A stretch of 64,000 nucleotides of DNA, taken from positions 3,633 to 67,632 of the forward strand of contig PKZD01000074.1 in the NCBI GenBank assembly GCA_003133745.1. The letters are read 5' to 3'. The stretch comes from Vulcanimicrobiota bacterium. Its GTDB lineage: Bacteria > Vulcanimicrobiota > Vulcanimicrobiia > Vulcanimicrobiales > Vulcanimicrobiaceae. Below, piece by piece: positions 59,493 to 64,000 of this stretch. Made by a program: the position numbers and the translations under genes. Each line of letters begins with the position of its first letter. Positions within the stretch are counted from its first letter, which is position 1. The notes under the pieces are model-generated. The model saw nothing but the letters and a program-made list of their open reading frames with translations. It made no database searches and was not told the origin of the DNA.

Positions 59493-59924
59493 CTACGGGA
59501 GCACCGTATCGGCAACCGGCGCATCCGCCGGCGTGACGACTTCGACGTGAATTCCGCGGCGATAAACCGTGTTCGGAATGATCCAGAGCGTGAAGGTTCG
59601 GTATCCGCTCGTCGGCTCGCCGCCGTTGGGCGGCGCTTCCTCGAATGCAACTACGCGCACGCGCGCGTCGTCGGCGTCGATCGATTCTATGATTTGACGA
59701 TAGCCGGTACGATCGTGCGGCCCCATCAGCAACACGACGCCGAACTCGCCGCGAAAGTGAATCGGTTCGTGGATGCCGAGTCGCCCGAGTGCTTGAGCGT
59801 CCCGAACGACGACGATTTGATTTCCACCCGGAACGGTCGTCGTTCCGACGGCGTAGGTCTTAACGCGCACCTCGCGACAGCCCATGAGGAGGAGCAGGGC
59901 CACGAAAGCCCACCAGCGTTTCAC
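59493..59924 (-). CDS. Lipoprotein, possibly PrcB-C-like (hypothetical)
   Basis: (V/M)KRWWAFVALLLLMGC lipobox. The segment ..VVLLMGPHDRTGYRQIIESI..RVRVVAFEEAPP.. resembles PrcB C-terminal domains. An alternative start is the ATG at 60014. Confidence 0.55.
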   Translation of the reverse strand: MKRWWAFVALLLLMGCREVRVKTYAVGTTTVPGGNQIVVVRDAQALGRLGIHEPIHFRGEFGVVLLMGPHDRTGYRQIIESIDADDARVRVVAFEEAPPNGGEPTSGYRTFTLWIIPNTVYRRGIHVEVVTPADAPVADTVLP

Positions 59925-60040
59925 GTCCCCGCACGGCTTCGTTTTAAGTGGCGGCGCACCTTGCGTCCAATGAGGCCCGGCGCGAGCCCCGTTCAATGTC
60001 GTTGCCATTTGCATGACCTCACCCGTACGCTAGGAACCCT

Positions 60041-60946
60041 GTGAAGATTCTGAGGCGCCTTGCCCTCGTCACGGACCTCGTTGCGTTTGTCGTCGTCATG
60101 CTCGGTAGCTGGACACGCATCAATGCGGCAGGCCTCACGTGTCCGGATTGGCCGATGTGCCGCCACTCGCTCTTTCCCAATATGGTGGGCGGGACGGTTT
60201 GGGAGTGGACCCATCGCCTTCTCGCTTTTTCGCTGCTTCCGCTCATTCTTGCGGTGTGCGCGGTCGCGTGGCAGCATCGCCGCCGTTCGCCCTTCCTGCT
60301 CCCCGCGAGCATCGTGATCGCCGCGCTCTTTCTCGTGCAGATCGGCCTCGGCGACGCAACGGTGCGGCTCTCGAACGCGCCGTTCTCCGTGGTCGTGCAC
60401 TGGGGAACCGCCATGGCCCTCATCGCCGCTCTCGCCGCGCTTGCGATTTTTGCGGGGCCACCGACTCTCGACCCGATGCGCACGCCATGGATATTGCCCG
60501 TCGCACTCGGCACCACCGCATTCATCGCTTTCGTGACGATGTGCGTCGGCGCATACGTCAGTTCGAGCGGCGCAGGCCTCGCTTGCCTCTCGATCCCGGG
60601 ATGTGCGGGCGACGTCGTCGTATACACGACGGGCCAGGTCGTTCAAATGCTCCATCGTTTGGCCGCCGCCGCCACGCTACTCTGTGCGGCCGGTGCATTT
60701 GCTCTCTGCTGGACGAACGCCGCCTCGGCACGCGTACGCGCCGCGGTCACCACCGGATTGCTCCTCGTTTTCATTCAGGTGATTTTGGGACTCTTGAACG
60801 TCGTACTTCGTCTTCCGACCGATCTGCGCGAGGTGCACGCCGCCAACGCGGCGTTGGTCTTCCTTGCGTTCGTCACGGCGGCCGCCTTCTCACTACGCGA
60901 CGCCGGCATCGCCGAGCGCGCGCAGCGCGAGCCGAGCGCCTCATGA
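60041..60946 (+). CDS. ctaA: Heme A synthase (COX15/CtaA)
   Basis: VVMLGSWTRINAAGLTCPDWPMC..WEWTHRLLA and a second half with HRLAA. 8-TM pattern. Confidence 0.85.
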   Translation: MKILRRLALVTDLVAFVVVMLGSWTRINAAGLTCPDWPMCRHSLFPNMVGGTVWEWTHRLLAFSLLPLILAVCAVAWQHRRRSPFLLPASIVIAALFLVQIGLGDATVRLSNAPFSVVVHWGTAMALIAALAALAIFAGPPTLDPMRTPWILPVALGTTAFIAFVTMCVGAYVSSSGAGLACLSIPGCAGDVVVYTTGQVVQMLHRLAAAATLLCAAGAFALCWTNAASARVRAAVTTGLLLVFIQVILGLLNVVLRLPTDLREVHAANAALVFLAFVTAAAFSLRDAGIAERAQREPSAS

Positions 60947-61815
60947 CCGGAGCAATCGGAAGCATTCGCGACTACTACGAGCTCTCGAAACCACGCATCA
61001 TCGTCCTGCTCCTCATCACGACCGCCGCCGCAATGGTGATGGCTGCGCGCGGCGTGCCGCCGCTGCACATCGCGGCGTGGACGCTGCTCGCCGGCGCGCT
61101 CGCCGCGGCGTCTGCGGGTGCGCTGAACTGCGTCTACGACGCGGACATCGACGCGCTCATGGACCGCACGCGTCATCGCCCGATTCCCGCCGGGCGCATT
61201 TCATCGCGTCGCGCGCTGATCTACGCAATTCTTTGCGGAACGATCTCTTTCGCGATCTTCTATTGGCTCGTCAATCCGCTGGCCGCGTGGCTCTCGCTCG
61301 CCGGCAACGCCTACTACGTCGCCGTTTACACGATGTGGCTGAAGCGCCTCACGCCGCTGAACATCGTGATCGGCGGAGCCGCGGGCGCGGTCCCTCCGCT
61401 CGTCGGATGGGCGGCGGTCACCCACGCGATCGGCGGCCCCGCGCTCGGCCTCTTCGCGTTGATCTTCCTTTGGACGCCGCCGCACTTTTGGTCGCTCTCC
61501 CTCGTCGTCGAAACGGAGTACGCGAAGGCGAAGATTCCGATGCTTCCTAACGTAAGCGGCGAAGAGCGCACGAAACGTGAGATCGTGTATTACGCGATCC
61601 TGCTCGTTGCGGCGTCGCTTGCGCTCTATCCCTTGCACGTGATGGGTGCGCTCTATCTCGCCGGCGCCGCCGTTCTCGGCGGCATCTTTCTGCTCGACGC
61701 GGTGCGCACGTGGCGCGACTCGTCGACCGCATCGGCACGCGTGCTCTTTCGGTTTTCGCTGCTCTATCTTGCGCTGATGTGCGCGGTCATGGTCGTTGAC
61801 CGAATCATCGCCTGA
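60943..61815 (+). CDS. ctaB: Protoheme IX farnesyltransferase (heme O synthase)
   Basis: YYELSKPRIIVLLLITT..NCVYDADIDALMDRTRHRPIPAGRIS (UbiA motif). ATGA overlap with ctaA. Confidence 0.9.
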   Translation: MTGAIGSIRDYYELSKPRIIVLLLITTAAAMVMAARGVPPLHIAAWTLLAGALAAASAGALNCVYDADIDALMDRTRHRPIPAGRISSRRALIYAILCGTISFAIFYWLVNPLAAWLSLAGNAYYVAVYTMWLKRLTPLNIVIGGAAGAVPPLVGWAAVTHAIGGPALGLFALIFLWTPPHFWSLSLVVETEYAKAKIPMLPNVSGEERTKREIVYYAILLVAASLALYPLHVMGALYLAGAAVLGGIFLLDAVRTWRDSSTASARVLFRFSLLYLALMCAVMVVDRIIA

Positions 61816-63154
61816 CCGCTCGACACGGCTGCTGCTGCTGACGCTCGGCCTGGGCGTCTTTGCGGGCGCGCTCGACCTCGGCGTTCTCTCGCCCGCGCTT
61901 CCCGCGCTCGCGAGCGCTTTTGGCGTCGTGACCGGCGACCTCGCTTGGATCTTCACGCTCTACCTGCTCGTGAACATTGCCGCGATCGCAATCGTGAGCA
62001 CGCTTGCGGATCGGTATGGGCGCCGACGCCTCTACATGCTCTCGATCGGCATCTTCACGCTCGGAAGCGCGGTCACGATTCTCGCGCCGAGCTACGGCTT
62101 CTTCCTGCTCGGCCGCGCGATCCAGGCGTTTGGAGCGGGCGGACTCTTCCCGGTCGCAACCGCAGCGATCGGCGACGTCGTGCCCCCTTCGCGTCGCGGC
62201 GCCGCGCTCGGGCTGATCGCCGCGACGTGGGGCCTTGCCGCCGTCATCGGACCCGTGCTCGGGGGAGCGCTGACGCACTTTCTTTCATGGCAGTGGATAT
62301 TCGCAGCGAACTTTCCGCTCGCCGCGATCGTGCTCACGCTCGCGCGCCGATACGTTCCCGCAAGAGCGCCGCGCGCGCGCGGTCCGCTCGACGTCGCGGG
62401 GCTCGCTCTCCTCTGCTTCGGGTTGCTCGCCCTCGCGGACGGCATCCTCAGCGCGCGCGTGCTCATGGTCGCGGCCGGCATCTCCTTGTTGGGCGGATTC
62501 TTCTTACGCGAGCGGATGACGAGCAACCCCGTCGTACCACTCTCGCTCTTTACCTCGAATCAACTCGCAAAAACGTACGCGCTCGAGATCTCGATCGGGA
62601 TCCTCGAAGGATCGCTCTTCTTCATCCCCACCATCATCGTCGCCACGCAGCATCTCAACGCGGCGATCGCCGGGCTCATCGCGACGCTCGGCGCGGCGAC
62701 GTTCGTCATCGTGATTCCGTTTTCGGGCCGCGCACTCGATCGCGTCGGCTCGCGTGACGTTCTCCTCGCCGGCACCGCCCTCACGGAGATCGGCCTCGCG
62801 ATCTTCGCGCTCGGATTCGGCTCCGTCGCGCTCACGCTGATCGCAATGATCGTCGCAGGCATGGGCTTCGGTGCACTCCTCGGTGCGCCGACGCGTTACA
62901 TCGTGATCAACGAAACCGGGCCGAGCGTCCGCGCAACCGCGGTGGGACTCCTGAGCCAATGCTTGATTATCGGGCAGATCATCGGCACCGCTCTCGCCGG
63001 TGGAATCATCGGCAGCGTGCGCAACGAGATCGAAGGCTACCGTTTCGCCTATCTGGCGTTTTGCGCCGTCGCCCTGCTCGCACTCGTCATCGCTTCGACG
63101 CTGCGCGGTCGCGGCGACGAACGCGGCGCCCCGCTCGAAGAAGCCGCACCGTGA
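61796..63154 (+). CDS. MFS transporter (DHA-type)
   Basis: LADRYGRRRLYMLSIGIFTLGS motif A and 12 or more TM segments. TTG start overlaps the ctaB 3' end. Confidence 0.8.
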   Translation: MTESSPDRSTRLLLLTLGLGVFAGALDLGVLSPALPALASAFGVVTGDLAWIFTLYLLVNIAAIAIVSTLADRYGRRRLYMLSIGIFTLGSAVTILAPSYGFFLLGRAIQAFGAGGLFPVATAAIGDVVPPSRRGAALGLIAATWGLAAVIGPVLGGALTHFLSWQWIFAANFPLAAIVLTLARRYVPARAPRARGPLDVAGLALLCFGLLALADGILSARVLMVAAGISLLGGFFLRERMTSNPVVPLSLFTSNQLAKTYALEISIGILEGSLFFIPTIIVATQHLNAAIAGLIATLGAATFVIVIPFSGRALDRVGSRDVLLAGTALTEIGLAIFALGFGSVALTLIAMIVAGMGFGALLGAPTRYIVINETGPSVRATAVGLLSQCLIIGQIIGTALAGGIIGSVRNEIEGYRFAYLAFCAVALLALVIASTLRGRGDERGAPLEEAAP

Positions 63155-63726
63155 TGCGGCGCCTCGATTCGCGCGCGCGATTGCTCTTGCAGCGGCCGTG
63201 GACGCAGCGCGAGCGTCGCGTCGTGTGGCATGGCCTGCAGGGACGCATGGCGATTGCGATCGAGCCGCTCCTCGGGCTCGTCTTCTTCGCCCTCTTCACC
63301 TGGGGCATCGTCTGGCGCGCGCACCACGTACGGAGCGACGCGACGTTGATCGTCATCGCGCCGATCTTCGCGCTCGGCGCCGTTGCGTTTCTCGGTTACT
63401 TCATTGCGGTGCTCGCGGCACCGTTCGTGGCCTATCTGAAGACGTACCAGCCGATCTACATCGTCGACGGCTACGTGCGCTACCGGCCGCGAGACGAAGA
63501 TTCCGATCCGGGCGATTGCGGTTACATCGCCGCACTCTTCGAAGACGAGAGCGTCGCGTGCGAATGGAGAAGCGTCGGGATGAAATCATATCCCGCGCGC
63601 ACGATTCCCGCGATGGTCGAGTTTTCGGCGTTCGCCGGCATCCATAAGATCGACGGGAGGCCGACCGGCTTGCTGCCCGACGGCGATTTGCCGCCGCTCG
63701 CGATCGGAATCGCGCGGCAGCGCTAA
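63154..63726 (+). CDS. Hypothetical 2-TM membrane protein with a soluble C-terminal domain
   Basis: MRRLDSRARLL.. then LLGLVFFALFTWGIVW and IAPIFALGAVAFLGYFIAVLAAPFV. TGATG overlap with the MFS stop. Confidence 0.6.
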   Translation: MRRLDSRARLLLQRPWTQRERRVVWHGLQGRMAIAIEPLLGLVFFALFTWGIVWRAHHVRSDATLIVIAPIFALGAVAFLGYFIAVLAAPFVAYLKTYQPIYIVDGYVRYRPRDEDSDPGDCGYIAALFEDESVACEWRSVGMKSYPARTIPAMVEFSAFAGIHKIDGRPTGLLPDGDLPPLAIGIARQR

Positions 63727-63932
63727 GGCGTCGCGGAGCCCAGCGGCTGGCGCAGCGTCGAACTAGCGGGCCATCCGTGACCGTGGCCCGCCGTGAGCAC
63801 GACGCCGCCGCCGATCGCGAAGATCATGATGACGCCGATGATGACGGAGACGAGCAGCGCCGTCGGTATGCCCTTGCTCTGCGGCACCTCACCGAAGTCG
63901 GGATGAAACTCGCCGCGTTCCTTCGCAATCAT
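63723..63932 (-). CDS. Small single-TM protein (hypothetical)
   Basis: MIAKERGEFHPDFGEVPQSKGIPTALLVSVIIGVIMIFAIGGGVV... ATG at 63932 lies 1 nt after the upstream TAG. Confidence 0.5.
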   Translation of the reverse strand: MIAKERGEFHPDFGEVPQSKGIPTALLVSVIIGVIMIFAIGGGVVLTAGHGHGWPASSTLRQPLGSATP

Positions 63933-63933
63933 G

Positions 63934-64000
63934 CTACGCCTTTCCGATGATGCCGATGCCGGTGAGTGCCGCAAGAACGCCGCCGAGCGCGAGCAGTCCC
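63934..64000 (-). CDS. 3' end of an unidentified membrane-protein gene (partial; runs off the window)
   Basis: Hand translation gives ..GLLALGGVLAALTGIGIIGKA*. Good codon bias. Confidence 0.4.
   Translation of the reverse strand, partial: GLLALGGVLAALTGIGIIGKA

Overview
This is a very GC-rich, densely packed bacterial chromosomal window with about 60 credible genes. The encoded outer-membrane proteins suggest a diderm organism. I found no rRNA, tRNA, CRISPR array, transposase or phage gene.

The ORF track uses the most upstream ATG/GTG/TTG, so many listed ORFs carry spurious Arg-rich N-terminal extensions or are wrong-frame or antisense artefacts. I re-placed starts by hand using conserved N-terminal motifs, Shine-Dalgarno (SD) sequences and stop/start overlaps.

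Recognisable content, left to right:
- a GH1 glycosidase interrupted by a solute-binding-type domain (runs off the left edge), an SDR, an S53 peptidase lipoprotein, an HD-GYP protein and an orphan MalT-type TPR protein
- divergent egtD/egtB (ergothioneine)
- a dTDP-6-deoxyhexose cluster with a sugar C-methyltransferase, a GT2 and a flavin reductase
- a secreted HD-domain protein and two tandem ~1000-aa sortilin/BNR beta-propeller paralogues, joined head-to-tail to the sugar genes; a third paralogue lies at 49.7 kb
- a lytic transglycosylase
- a TPP riboswitch, thiC and a GmhB-like HAD phosphatase
- aceE-aceF, acnA, rnd, a DedA protein, a minimal VKOR, rpiB, a Nudix hydrolase and an MBL-fold hydrolase
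- a Uma2 endonuclease remnant, a quinone oxidoreductase, and bolA-grx-rhodanese
- DUF1059, a cupin and an EVE-domain protein
- a TonB-dependent receptor, ppk1, an MGDG-synthase-like GT28 and a ROK glucokinase
- a CHRD/SOD-like protein and a DUF5916 outer-membrane protein
- a threonine dehydratase, prfC and a GH130 enzyme
- ctaA-ctaB and an MFS transporter

Gene packing is extreme. About 15 same-strand stop/start overlaps (ATGA, GTGA, TAATG) occur, several convergent pairs share a stop tetranucleotide, and several divergent pairs have starts 20 bp apart or less.

The observations most worth follow-up are:
- the ~10.3 kb gap-free minus-strand array that ties exported beta-propeller proteins and a secreted HD protein to branched-sugar genes
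- a HAD phosphatase whose catalytic DxD motif lies upstream of any canonical start codon
- a ~34-40 bp inverted repeat that fills a convergent intergenic region and includes both stop codons
- a REP-like 21-bp tandem duplication in frame in the aceF linker
- the GH1 domain-insertion architecture

All functional calls rest on motif recognition by eye. No database search was run.
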